Source: Squalus acanthias (taxonomy: Eukaryota). Taken from it: a stretch of 64,000 bases of DNA. The position numbers and the translations under genes were made by a program. Under the pieces are notes generated by a model, which was not told the DNA's origin, ran no database searches, and saw nothing but the letters and a program-made list of their open reading frames with translations. The stretch lies in assembly GCA_030390025.1 (NCBI GenBank), contig CM059432.1, forward strand, positions 103,666,001-103,730,000, written 5' to 3'. This document shows positions 49,945-60,590 of this stretch, one piece after another; the stretch's first letter is position 1, and each line of letters begins with the position of its first letter.

Positions 49945-52079
49945 CTGTAGCAACATAGTACATGATGAATTGACCTAAACTGACTTTTCCTTTTACACAA
50001 ATACATAGAAACATTTCATTATGAACCAGCCTGATATAAACACACTGTAATAGATAAACTATGGATAGGTTTAAGGTACTTTGTGCCAAGATAAATATTA
50101 ATGGCAAAGATAGGTTGTTAGCTAGAGATTTTATACTTTGCAGATTGCCAAATGCAATTAGCTGAGAAAATAACTGCTACAGGATTCAGAATGAATTTAG
50201 GGGACTGTATATTATGATTACAGGATTAGGCTCAGCTGTGTCCCCACAGTCAACTAAACAGCCAACTCTCACTACTTAGGCTCACGTCTGAGGAATGACC
50301 CTTAAGTGAGATACCGGGGGATAGATGGCACCCGTGAAGCCACAGCATGTATCACTACCTCCTGTTGAGGCAGGGTAAGGTGAAAAAAATCAAAGCAAAC
50401 AAAAAGATCCTTGTTTCGCCAGTATGATGACAGCTTCTGCAGTTGCGTTAGATGCCAAAGTCACAAATATAAACAGTGCCACTGTAATAAAATTGGACCC
50501 AATAGTCTGGATTTACCGTTGCCAGCCACCCATTGTAGTGGCGTTAATTGGACAGCCTTTAGTGGGAAATGGGCAGTAGTTACGTCCCCCAGAACTCAGC
50601 CCACTTTGTGACAAGCTGCCGTTTCCAGAGGGTGTCATATCTTTGTATGATAATATCATATAAAGATATGGTTCTAGGGATGACATACCTGTTCCTAAGA
50701 GTGCCCTCAATGTGGGTGGAGGCAGGTAGTCAAAATCTCCGAGTGGCCTTACACTCCCACAGTCAGAAGCAAGCTTAAGACTGCCTATGCTCATTGCAAA
50801 TGAAGCGTCGCTTCAAAAAGTAATTCCCAGCCGCAGTAATCACTATTCAAACTTTCAGTAGTTTTAAGTGTATTGATGCGAGGAGGGAGAATCATTCCCA
50901 GGCCACAGACATATGCATCCTACCAGCCAGTTCTGAGTGACATTGACAGAGGCCAGTTTGGAGTGACAGATATCTTCTTGACTGCATGCATGGGCCAGTA
51001 AGACAAAGAAAGCTAGGGGCAAAATAGAGAGATTCATACCCTCATTAAAAAAAAGTCGCTACCCACTGTTCATACAATTAGCATATCTCCTGTCATGTGA
51101 TACTTCATTATAATACAGATTAATATGCATGTGTGCTACTTTCAATATCTTTTTGCTGCAGACAGCATTTTCCTAGCCTCAAGTAGTTCACTGGAGCTTC
51201 ATATTCAAGTTGATACTGGCATGAAATTATATTGAAAGAACTCTTTTTAAAAGGCGCACACTGTTTGATTAGATGGAGTCATACTTTATTGCATAAAGCC
51301 ATGTTAATCAGAATATTTGTAATCGTGCACTCTTGTCAGTAACAGTTAATGGTGTCACAGCATGCAGGGCTGCAACAATTCTAACACATTTTAAAATTAA
51401 AACTAAGCATCCGTTTTCCTTTTCTCCAGCGAGGAAACAAGATTTTGCCCATTTCATATATTCTCATCATCCTTACGGTTGGAGAGGGGAGATCAGCTGT
51501 AATTTTGTCAGAGGCACAATTACATTTTTATGATACAATGATGTTTTGACATAAGCGGCATCAAGTCCTTGGGGGAGAAATCGAGCTCTGTAGCGCCTGT
51601 TTTTTAGGCACTACGCGGCCTCCTAACACTCAAAAATGGCGTCCGAGATGCACGCGCACACTTCCGACGGGATGTGCGCCAGATGCCATCTTGTTAAAGC
51701 GGTTTGCGCGGATGCACCTAACAACCTATGGCAGCATGCAGAGCAGGCAGATTATGACGTCAATAGTATCCAAGGCTGATTTGACACCAGCGCTGCCATT
51801 TTAGAACACCACACTCCAGCCTACGCCCTGTCTTAACCTTGCACAGCTGAACACGATGTTAAATGGCAGGAAAGACCCAGCACTACTTAAAGGGATCATG
51901 AACTACTTACAGGTTAATTGCTGGATCATTTCTTCTGGCTGCTGGTGCAATTGTACGCATTTTTGGAGCTTTTCTATACTTGCCTAAAGTTTGAATAGTC
52001 TACAGGGAGTGGTCTAGCTGGTGCTGAAGTACTTTTTTCTTCGTTTAAAAGCTTGTGCTGAAACAAATTGCTTCCAGAC

Positions 52080-53223
52080 ACGGGTGGCCTGGTAGGCCTT
52101 CCTCTTGGAATTGAGCATGACTGGGAGAATGAAGAGAGGCCACACAGAGCAGGACAAGCTGCTAGAAGAGGGAGGAGGAGGAGAGGCGCTCAGCAGGAGG
52201 CCATATCTGCGGAGGGTCTTTCGGGAGCAATTGTCTTACCTCAACTTCAGTGAGGAACAATGCTTGAGATGTCTGTGCTTCACTAAAGAGGTCTTGACTG
52301 AAATCTGCCAACTGTTGCAGCTACAACTGTTCCTCAAAGCAGGACAAGGACAGCATTGCCTGTGGCTGTCAAGGTGACCGTGGCTCTTAAGCTTTAGGCA
52401 TTTGGCTCCTTCCAGGCTGCTGCTGGAGATATAAGCAACATCTTGCAGTTTGCAGTACATTGCTGTATAAGGGAGGTCACTGAGGCTCTCTACAAATAGA
52501 AACAGCTTCATCTCATTCCCTCTTGCCAGAGACAAGCAGGCAGAGCGAACACGAGGGTTTGCTCGGATTGTAGGCTTCCCCATGGTGCAGGGTGCCATTG
52601 ACTGCATACACATTGCCATGTGTGAGCCTCGTGAACTCGGCCATTTTTATGAACCAAAAGGGATTCCACTCCCTCAATGTGCGACCACAAGCAGCTCGTC
52701 ATGCAGGTGAGTGCCCGTTATCCTGGCAGTAGTCACGATTCCTTCATTCTGCAGCAGTCCTCTGTGCCACCTGTATTTGACCCACCACGGCAAGTCAAAG
52801 GCTGGCTACAAGGGTTATCCACTCATGACATGGCTCATGACTCTGGTCTGGAACCCATGTGCACAGCAGGCCTACAATGAGAGTCATGCTGCCACAAGGA
52901 ACATTATAGAGCACACCATCGGCATCCTCAAGCAACGTTTCCGCTGCCTGGCCCACTCTGAAGGAGCCCTTCAGTCCTCAGCTGAGCGAGTATCAAGATT
53001 TGTGGCAGCATGCTGCATGCTGTACAACCTGGTCATTAGGAGGGAAAAGCCCTGGCCACCACCTATCAGGTGAGAAGCTGAGCAGCAGGAGCATGAGGAG
53101 GAGGAGGAGGAGGAAGTACAACAGGAAGTGGAGGAACAGGAAGAGGAAGGGAGGCTACATCGTAGACAGCCCCTTTCTGCCTGGGATCTACGTGATGAAA
53201 TAAATAATGAGTGATACCAGTAA
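52080..53223 (+). pseudogene. Harbinger transposase of H2
   Basis: RRPYLRRVFREQLSYLNFSEEQCLR, GAIDCIH, ARYPGSSHDSFIL, IEHTIGILKQRFRCL. Confidence 0.92.
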
Positions 53224-53224
53224 C

Positions 53225-53389
53225 CAATGTTCCCCGTAATTTGTTTTTGGGTCACGCGGCCCTTTTTATGGGCTGTGCGGCCCATTCAAAAGTCTGCGCA
53301 TGTGCGTTTTTTTCAATTTAAAAGCCGGCTCACCGGCTGCACGGGACCACTGCGCATCCATGCAGCCACGCAGCTTAAAGGGATCATTT
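53225..53389. mobile_element. hAT-type MITE (165 bp)
   Basis: TIRs CAATGTTCCC / GGGATCATTT; perfect 8-bp TSD CCAGTAAC. Confidence 0.88.
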
Positions 53390-53567
53390 CCAGTAACCTC
53401 AACCACACCTCCCCATTCACCAACAGTGCCGCACTCATTACCTTTCCTCTATCACTGACCATCACATCGTCCTCTTTCCAACAACACAAAAATAAAAACC
53501 ACCAGAAAATGCACATTCCAAACCAAATATATAAATTTAATCATGACATAATGCATACAAAAATAAA

Positions 53568-56225
53568 CTAATCACCCTTGTACATTCCCTGTGCCTTTGT
53601 CTCTCCTAGTGCTCCTACAAGGTGCTTCCCCAGTGGCTGCGTAGTGGAAGGATGCTGACCTCTAATTGAGGAGGCTGCAGATGACCTTGGAGGGTGACCT
53701 CGAGCAGCTCTGGGCCTAGAAAGCCTGGCTTCAGACTGAACCATCTTGGCCTGGGCTGCAGCAGTCTGGGCTGGCTGGCTGACAGGCAACAGCAAGGGCA
53801 CAGGCAGAGTGGCAGGGGTGGGAGGACGAATGCTGTCACCCTGAGAGAGGAGAGCGGGTTCATTCTCCATGGATCCACTGCCACTCCACAGGGGCGGCGC
53901 CTCAGCAATCCGACTAATCTGTTGGAGAGGAGATTGATAGACTGCTGTGAGGCCCTGTATGCCTCTTTGAACAGTGGTATCCAGAGCCATGACGGCAGCA
54001 GTCTGAGCTTGAAAGGCAGCAGTCTGAGCTTCCACTACAGCACTCAGACCTTTGATGGAAGCTATTTGTGCTTCAATGAAAGTTGAGACATCGGCCATCA
54101 GATGCTGCATCATGGTGGGTTCCACAGGTGTGCTGATGGAGCTGACCACCTGTTCCATGTTGGAATGGATCCGCTCCAAGCTCTGCGCAAACGCCTGTGC
54201 CAAGTTGTTGCTGGACTCCTCCATGCTCCTTGACATTGAACGCAGGCTTTCTGGCAGGCGTTCCAGTGCACCAAGCATTTGGTTATGTACACCCATCAGC
54301 CTTCTTCTGTAGCCTGGTCCATCGAAGTCCTCATCTGAGTCCTTTGCAGCAGAACAAGTGTGTGACCTCGTTCTCTGGCGAGCTGGCACCTGCACTATCC
54401 TTTCCCCCGCCCTGGCTCCTACGCACTTGTGCCCGGTGTCTCACCACGTGCAAATCTCTCCTCTATTCTAGCCTCTAAAGAAGGTGTAGTGTCAGTATCT
54501 GAGCTGGTGGTTGTGAGTGTAAGATCGAGTGATGGTGTCTCTTCATCTTCACTGCTTTCTTCCACTTCCTCCACTGGCTGGGAAGGCTCCAGTCCTTGGG
54601 TATCTGAAATAAAAAAGAGACAAGGGCTGAGTTGTGGTGAGGGGAAAGAACAAAGTAAGAAGTGCATGGTTACACACTCTGCAGCTTCTAAGTCAGAAGA
54701 AATTGAGTGATGAGGGAAAAGTGGGATGAGAGGAGGATTAGGGATGCAGATACCCTCATCATCGATTACTCCAGCCCTGCCAGTGGGTACGGCCTCAGCG
54801 ATGCCCCTTCCCATGATGGCCAACACTGTCTCCTCCATGGGGGTAAAACATGCTGGCACACTTGCCCTCCTTCAGTTCTTGGCTGCTGCCTGCTGTTGTG
54901 CGCCACCTTCTTCTGCAAGAAAGAAGGAAGTGTGTCAGTGAGTTGAATAGCTGCCAGTGTGTGCAAGCTGTGGGTTGTGGGTGTGAGGCTTGCAACAGTG
55001 CTAAGTGTGTTAGTGTGAGGTAAATCATATGAATGTTAGGGTTGAGTACTGATTGATAGAGCTTGTTAGTAGGTGGGTGATGAGGGTGTTGTGAATTGAG
55101 CTGTGGATGAGGCAAGTGGTGCAGTTGTTAGGATGTGCCTTTTGAAGATGAACTCACTGACCTTGAAAACTCGTGTGAGATCATTAAACTTCTTCCTGCA
55201 CTGCATCCACGTACTTCGAGCAACACCCCGGCATTGACCTCCTCTGGTACTTCTTCCCACTGCCTCCTGAGCATCTGTCTGGAGGCCTCCTGCCCCCATA
55301 TGGATACAGGACATCTCTCCTTCTCTCCACCTCTTCCACCAAGATCTCCAGTTCAGTGTCTGAAGAACTTAGGGCGCGATCTTGCCAGCCCTGGGGAGGC
55401 AGGTATGGAGGCGGGACTGCCGGGAAAATGGCAGAATTTGGGGGCGGGTGCCCAACCCGCCTCCATGCCATCTTCCCAGTAGGCGGGTAGCCATCCCGCG
55501 CCAGGTCCCGTCTCCTTGGAGGCAGGAAGGGATTAAAGCCAATTAACTGCCTGTTAACAGGTAACTAACAGGCAGAAAATAGGATTATCCCCCTTTTGCC
55601 CTCACAAGTGCGGGCTTCCCGAAGGCTCTGAAACCCGGCAGCTCAGCGAGGTGAGTAGGGGGTCTGCGGGGGTCGGGGGCGGGGGTTCAAAAGTGTGCTG
55701 TGAAGGTAAGTGATGGGTGCAAGTGTGGAGAGGTGAGTATCTGAGGTAAGTGCAAAGTGTTAATAAAAGTGTACTTACCTTTGTTTCTTCCTGCAGGCTT
55801 CAGTTGGTGGGTATGCGGAGAGTCTCACACCTCCGCGTTGGAGATGACAGGTGGCCATTGCATTCTCCAATGCAACAACCATCTCATTTCTGCAAAAGAA
55901 AGAGGTTTGATGAGGTCTTGAATTCAAGACCTCATCAAACTACAGAGAATGTCAGTGTTTGACAGCTTCACAGAGCTGTCATATGATGACAATTCATCTG
56001 TCAAGAAACGTTATACATTGACGTTCTCTGCAACCGGCTTTCCCTTAATTGGCCTGCTAAACCCGCTGGGCGGGCTTAACAAGGTCAATCAAGGGAAAAT
56101 AGCGTGGGTTGGCAAGAAGTTGATGGAAGTGGGACTGAAACCCGACAAGTGGGAGTCCCGCCTCCAATAGCTCCCCATTGGCAAAATCATCCCCACAGTG
56201 CCCGCGCTCTCGTATGTTCAGCCAT
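53568..56225 (-). pseudogene. Three-exon Myb/SANT partner gene of H2
   Basis: MAEHTRARA...SDTELEILVEEV...WMQCRKKFNDL; same splice sites as H1; 275-aa open portion of exon 3. Confidence 0.85.
55372..56193. mobile_element. Harbinger-like non-autonomous element inside H2 Myb exon 1
   Basis: Interrupts the Myb frame; imperfect TIRs GGGCGCGATCTTGCCA / TGGCAAAATCATCCCC. Confidence 0.7.
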
Positions 56226-56599
56226 TGCTCAAAGTATCAGTGCACAGATTCAGTTTTCAAATGACTCCCACCACTTGTTGCAGCCACAATGTACCTCCTC
56301 TTTAAGAGGTGCTGGCTGCCTTTAAGTAGTGCTAACCACTCATGATACCGAGCCCCCTGCTGATGCGTGTAGCCAATGAACAGTGCGTGTAGCTCTGGCT
56401 GCACGCAGCAATCACATAAATCAGCAGGCAGCACAAATTTAACGAACTGCCTGCAACACAATGAACGTGCGTGGGTTAATCACATACCGCAACCCCCATG
56501 CCCATTTTCAGGGGTTAGCCAATTTCTCCCCCCTGGTGTGTTGGTAAACAAATGAGAAAGAGCTTCACAATCACTTTTTTGTCAATTTAACATAAAGGT

Positions 56600-57215
56600 T
56601 AGAATCATAGAATGGTTACAGCACGGAAGGAGGCCATTCGGCCCATCAAGCCCGTGCCGGCTCTCTGCAAGAGCACTTCAGCTAGTCCCACTCCCCCGCC
56701 CTTTCCCCGTAGCCCAGCAGATTTCTTTCCTTCAGATACTTATCCCACTCCTTTTGAAAGCCGTGATTGAATCTGCCTCCACCACCCTTTCAGGCAGCGC
56801 ATTCCAGATCTTAACCACTCGCTGCGTAAAAAAGTTTTTTCTTACGTCGCCTTTGGTTCTTTTGTCAATTACCTTAAATCTGTGTCCTCTGTTTCTTGAC
56901 TCTTCTGCCAATGGGAACAGTTTCCCTCTATCTACTCTGTCCAGACCCCTCATGATTTTGAACACCTCTATCAAATCTCCTCTCAATCTTCTCTGCTCCA
57001 AGGAGAACAACCCAGCTTCTCCGGTCTATCAACGTAACTGAAGTCCCTCATTCCTGGAATAATTCTCATAAATCTTTTCTGCACCCTCTCTAAGGCCGTC
57101 ACATCCTTCCTAAAGTGTGGTGCCCAGAATTGGACACAGTACTCCAGTTGGGGCCGAACCAGTGTTTTATACAGGTTATTCATAATTTCCACACTTTTGT
57201 ACTCTATACCTCTAT
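56600..57215 (-). mobile_element. CR1 3' part, interrupted by the provirus
   Basis: RGIEYKS...RPQLEYCVQFWAPH...FFTQRVVKIWNALP; tail ATTCTATGATTCT. Confidence 0.93.
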
Positions 57216-57257
57216 TGTAATGGGTTCTTGTCGTGCTTGTATCACAGACGGTGCTGG
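57216..57257 (-). repeat. Terminal 42 bp of the 3' LTR
   Basis: 41/42 identical to 62418-62459; ends ACA on minus, abutting CR1. Confidence 0.88.
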
Positions 57258-57362
57258 CACGGGGCTAGTACATGAGTGGGGGTTCGCATGATCCTACCAG
57301 TCATCACCTCGTACGGGGAATACCCCGTACTCTTCGAGTGGCTGGCCCGGATCCCATGAGGA

Positions 57363-60300
57363 CTAGAGGCAGATTTGGGGCGAGTTCATAGTCTCTTTCC
57401 TCAGCTTCTCCTTGAGGGTCCGGTTCATGCGTTCAACAATCCCTGATGACTGGGGATTGTGCGCTACGTGCCACTTCCCTTCAATGCCCAAAAGGATGAG
57501 GGTGTTCTGCATCACCTGGCCGGTGAAATGACTCCCTTGGTCTGACTCCACGAAACGGGGGAGTCCCCACCGCGAGAACACTTCCTGGACCAAGATCTTG
57601 GCAGTACCCAGCGCCGTAGCTGTTCTACAGGGGAAGGCTTCTACCCATTTGGAAAACACATCCACCAAGACGAGGCAGTATTTGTAGCCTCCCTGGGTGG
57701 TGGGCAGGGGCCCTATGTAATCGATCTGTATCGACTGCCATGGTCCCTCCACCCTCCTGATGTGCCCCATGTGCACTTTCCTTTTCTGGGGGTCTGGGTT
57801 GTTTGCAGCGCACACAAGACAGTTTGCGCAGAACTCGCGGACCTGATCCCTGAGTCCCGGCCACCATCCCGCCTGCTCTACCCGTTGCCAGGTAACCTCC
57901 GTCCCGGGGTGCCCTGCCCCCGGTCCCTCATGAGCCAACTGGAGGAATTCCCTCCTGTGCTGCTGCGGCACAACCCACTGTTCCCCGCGGAACAGCATGC
58001 CTTCTTTAACGGAGAGGGTTGCCGTACTGTACGGGCCCTCTACCTGCTTGCCCTCAGTAATCGTTCTGAGAACTGCTTTTAGGGCGGGATCCTGGTTCTG
58101 GACGGGCTTAAAGTCTAGGGGCAGTGCTACCCTGGTGTTCCCGGGATTCCCTTCCCTGCCTTGGATTGCTGCCACAGGTCCGGGTCCATAGGGGTCCCAG
58201 AAAATGCCGTTACGGGCACCCTCCCTGGCTAGCGCATCTGCCTGCTGGTTGCCCTCCCCGCGGGGCTCTGTGGAGGAGTGAGCCTTCACCTTATGGATGA
58301 AAATCTCCCCTTCCTCCCCTACTGCTGCTAGGATCTTTTCCAGCAAGGGCTTCACCGTTAAAGGTCGCCCGTCCGCGGAGGTGTATCCACGGCGGGACCA
58401 AATGGCCAGGTATTCCGTACACGAATTGCACGTAAACATACTGTCCGAACAAATCGTGTATGGGGTTGAGAAGATCTCTGGGTGGGTCACTACATACACC
58501 ACCGCAGACAGCTCAGCCTGCTGCGCGCTCATGGTGCTGGGGAGTTTAATTGCCAGGGCAAGGTTTGCCGCAGGGTCATAAACTCCACACCCTGTGAGTC
58601 GTTCGCCAGCGGACACTGTGCTGGAACCATCAACATGAATCTCGCGACCTGTGGGATGTATCCCGGCCCGCAAACCTATGTTGACCTCCCACACCCCTTC
58701 CACCGAACACTGGTGGGCTGTTCTGGTGTATACCAGGTTGGCCGCAAGCCTGGGCTCGCAAAAACCTTTAACCCTAAGATCCATCTGGGAAAGGAGAAGG
58801 GTCCAGCGCGCAATACGAGCGCTGCTTACGGTCCCATCCTTAATCCTCCCATCTAGAAGCATCTTAGTTGGCGTGTGATGGGTGAGGAGAGTGATGGGAG
58901 AGAGCCCTGTGAAGATCGCTGATCTTTTCACAGCCCAATGCGTGGCTAAAAGATACCTTTCGCAGTTGGAAAAACTCCTCTCCACATCCGTTAACACCCT
59001 GGACGAATAGACAACTGGCCGCAGCTTGCCGTGACGCTCTTGGAGCAGCACGGCGCTCAAGCTGTCTCCGCTGGCAGCTACCTCCAGGAAAAACTCCTTC
59101 CCCCCATCTATGGCCCCGAAAGCTGGCGCGGTCTGCAAATCCCTTTTTAACTTCTCGAAGGCTGCCTGACAACCCTCGTCCCAAGACCACTCCACTCCCT
59201 TATGGAGGAGTCGGAGCAGCGGAGCTGCTGTGGCCGCATAGTCCTCAATGAAGTCTCTACAGTAACCGGTCAGTCCCAGAAAGGACCTCACACCCGTTAC
59301 GGTGTTGGGAATCGGTAACTCCTGCACCGACTCCCTCCTAGCCTTATCTATGGCTCTTTCCCCAGCGCGAATGGTCAGACCCAGGAATTTTACTTCCTGC
59401 TGACCGATACGTGCTTTCTTAGGGTTCACTTTAAAACCCTTTCTCGCTAGCAGCTCCAATAACTCGGCTAGCAGTGGTCCATGCTCCTCCCTTGAGTCCG
59501 TGAACAGGAGCAAATCATCCACGTACTGCACTATCTGATTGCGCTGACTAAACTCCTTTAAACTTCCTGCCATACACTGGTGGAAAATACTGGGGCTGTT
59601 GTGGAAACCCTGTGGCAAACAGTTCCATGTGTACTGTTGTCCTTTGAAAGTAAAGGCAAACTTGTACTGGTCCTCTCGCCGCAGCAGGACGGACCAAAAA
59701 CCGTTCGAGATATCCAGCACCGTGAACGTGGTCGCGGACGCTGGGATACTTCCTATTAGGTCAGCAACTGCTGCTACTGTGGGCGCGCAGGCGGGGATGT
59801 TACTGTTAAGGACTCTGTAGTCCACCGTGGCTCTCCACGAATTATCCGGCTTCCTCACCGGCCATAATGGGGAGTTCACGTATGTGGCTATCGGCCTCAA
59901 CACGCCCTGCTGCACCAATGAGGACATTGCTGTCTCCATATCGGGTTCTGCTTCTTTGGGGAAGTTATACTGCTTTTGGGGCCGGGTCATGGGGTCCCCG
60001 TCTACGCTGACCTCAAACCCGGTAACCCTTCCACAATCATGCTTGTGGGTTGCAAATGCGTGCATATTATCTGACACGTACGCTTGCATGTCCGTTGGGA
60101 CATCCGCGACCATAAGCCCGAGGTCGTAACCTCCGGATGGCTTCATGGTACACAGGGCCCCTTTACCTTCCTTCCCCGGGATTACAACTACCTTGCCTTT
60201 CCCACCCTTGGCTCCCCAGAGACAGTGATTCCTAAGGTCCACGAGGATCCCGTGTTCCGCTAGGAGATCCGATCCGAGGATACCTCTGCCACCCCCCTCT

Positions 60301-60590
60301 TGCCATTTCATCAGTATGCCCTTCCACGTGGTGTGGAGTGCTCCTAAATGAATGGAGAGCGGAATGGAGAACGCGCCAGCCTGCTCTTTTCCCGTGAACC
60401 CCGCTAATGTGAATGGGACCTTGGTAGACAGTGGTGAGTCAAAGGGGCTATCCGTATGAATCACGGTGCATGAAGCTCCCGTGTCCCACAAATAACTATC
60501 CTTCTGCTTCTCTGCCTCCATCTCAACCAGGGGACTTTTCCACACATCATAGCTGAGCGGACACAGGTAGACGGGCTGCGTGGGCTCTAG
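57363..60590 (-). CDS. pol: Pol polyprotein: protease, RT, degenerate RNase H tether, RNase H, integrase (C-terminus frameshifted and truncated)
   Basis: WDTGAS; RPQKQY, LDISNGFW, LPQGFHNSP, YVDD; VDGSS/QAEL/SDS/GNQQAD; HHCC and DYIGP/SDQG/VERMN; frame is open from the gag stop. Confidence 0.95.
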   Translation of the reverse strand, partial: LEPTQPVYLCPLSYDVWKSPLVEMEAEKQKDSYLWDTGASCTVIHTDSPFDSPLSTKVPFTLAGFTGKEQAGAFSIPLSIHLGALHTTWKGILMKWQEGGGRGILGSDLLAEHGILVDLRNHCLWGAKGGKGKVVVIPGKEGKGALCTMKPSGGYDLGLMVADVPTDMQAYVSDNMHAFATHKHDCGRVTGFEVSVDGDPMTRPQKQYNFPKEAEPDMETAMSSLVQQGVLRPIATYVNSPLWPVRKPDNSWRATVDYRVLNSNIPACAPTVAAVADLIGSIPASATTFTVLDISNGFWSVLLRREDQYKFAFTFKGQQYTWNCLPQGFHNSPSIFHQCMAGSLKEFSQRNQIVQYVDDLLLFTDSREEHGPLLAELLELLARKGFKVNPKKARIGQQEVKFLGLTIRAGERAIDKARRESVQELPIPNTVTGVRSFLGLTGYCRDFIEDYAATAAPLLRLLHKGVEWSWDEGCQAAFEKLKRDLQTAPAFGAIDGGKEFFLEVAASGDSLSAVLLQERHGKLRPVVYSSRVLTDVERSFSNCERYLLATHWAVKRSAIFTGLSPITLLTHHTPTKMLLDGRIKDGTVSSARIARWTLLLSQMDLRVKGFCEPRLAANLVYTRTAHQCSVEGVWEVNIGLRAGIHPTGREIHVDGSSTVSAGERLTGCGVYDPAANLALAIKLPSTMSAQQAELSAVVYVVTHPEIFSTPYTICSDSMFTCNSCTEYLAIWSRRGYTSADGRPLTVKPLLEKILAAVGEEGEIFIHKVKAHSSTEPRGEGNQQADALAREGARNGIFWDPYGPGPVAAIQGREGNPGNTRVALPLDFKPVQNQDPALKAVLRTITEGKQVEGPYSTATLSVKEGMLFRGEQWVVPQQHRREFLQLAHEGPGAGHPGTEVTWQRVEQAGWWPGLRDQVREFCANCLVCAANNPDPQKRKVHMGHIRRVEGPWQSIQIDYIGPLPTTQGGYKYCLVLVDVFSKWVEAFPCRTATALGTAKILVQEVFSRWGLPRFVESDQGSHFTGQVMQNTLILLGIEGKWHVAHNPQSSGIVERMNRTLKEKLRKETMNSPQICL

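Larger units (their letters stand above)
51571..56532. mobile_element. Near-complete two-gene Harbinger transposon (H2), inverted paralogue of H1
   Basis: TIRs GGGGGAGAAATCG / CAATTTCTCCCCC; transposase on +, Myb on -. Confidence 0.92.
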
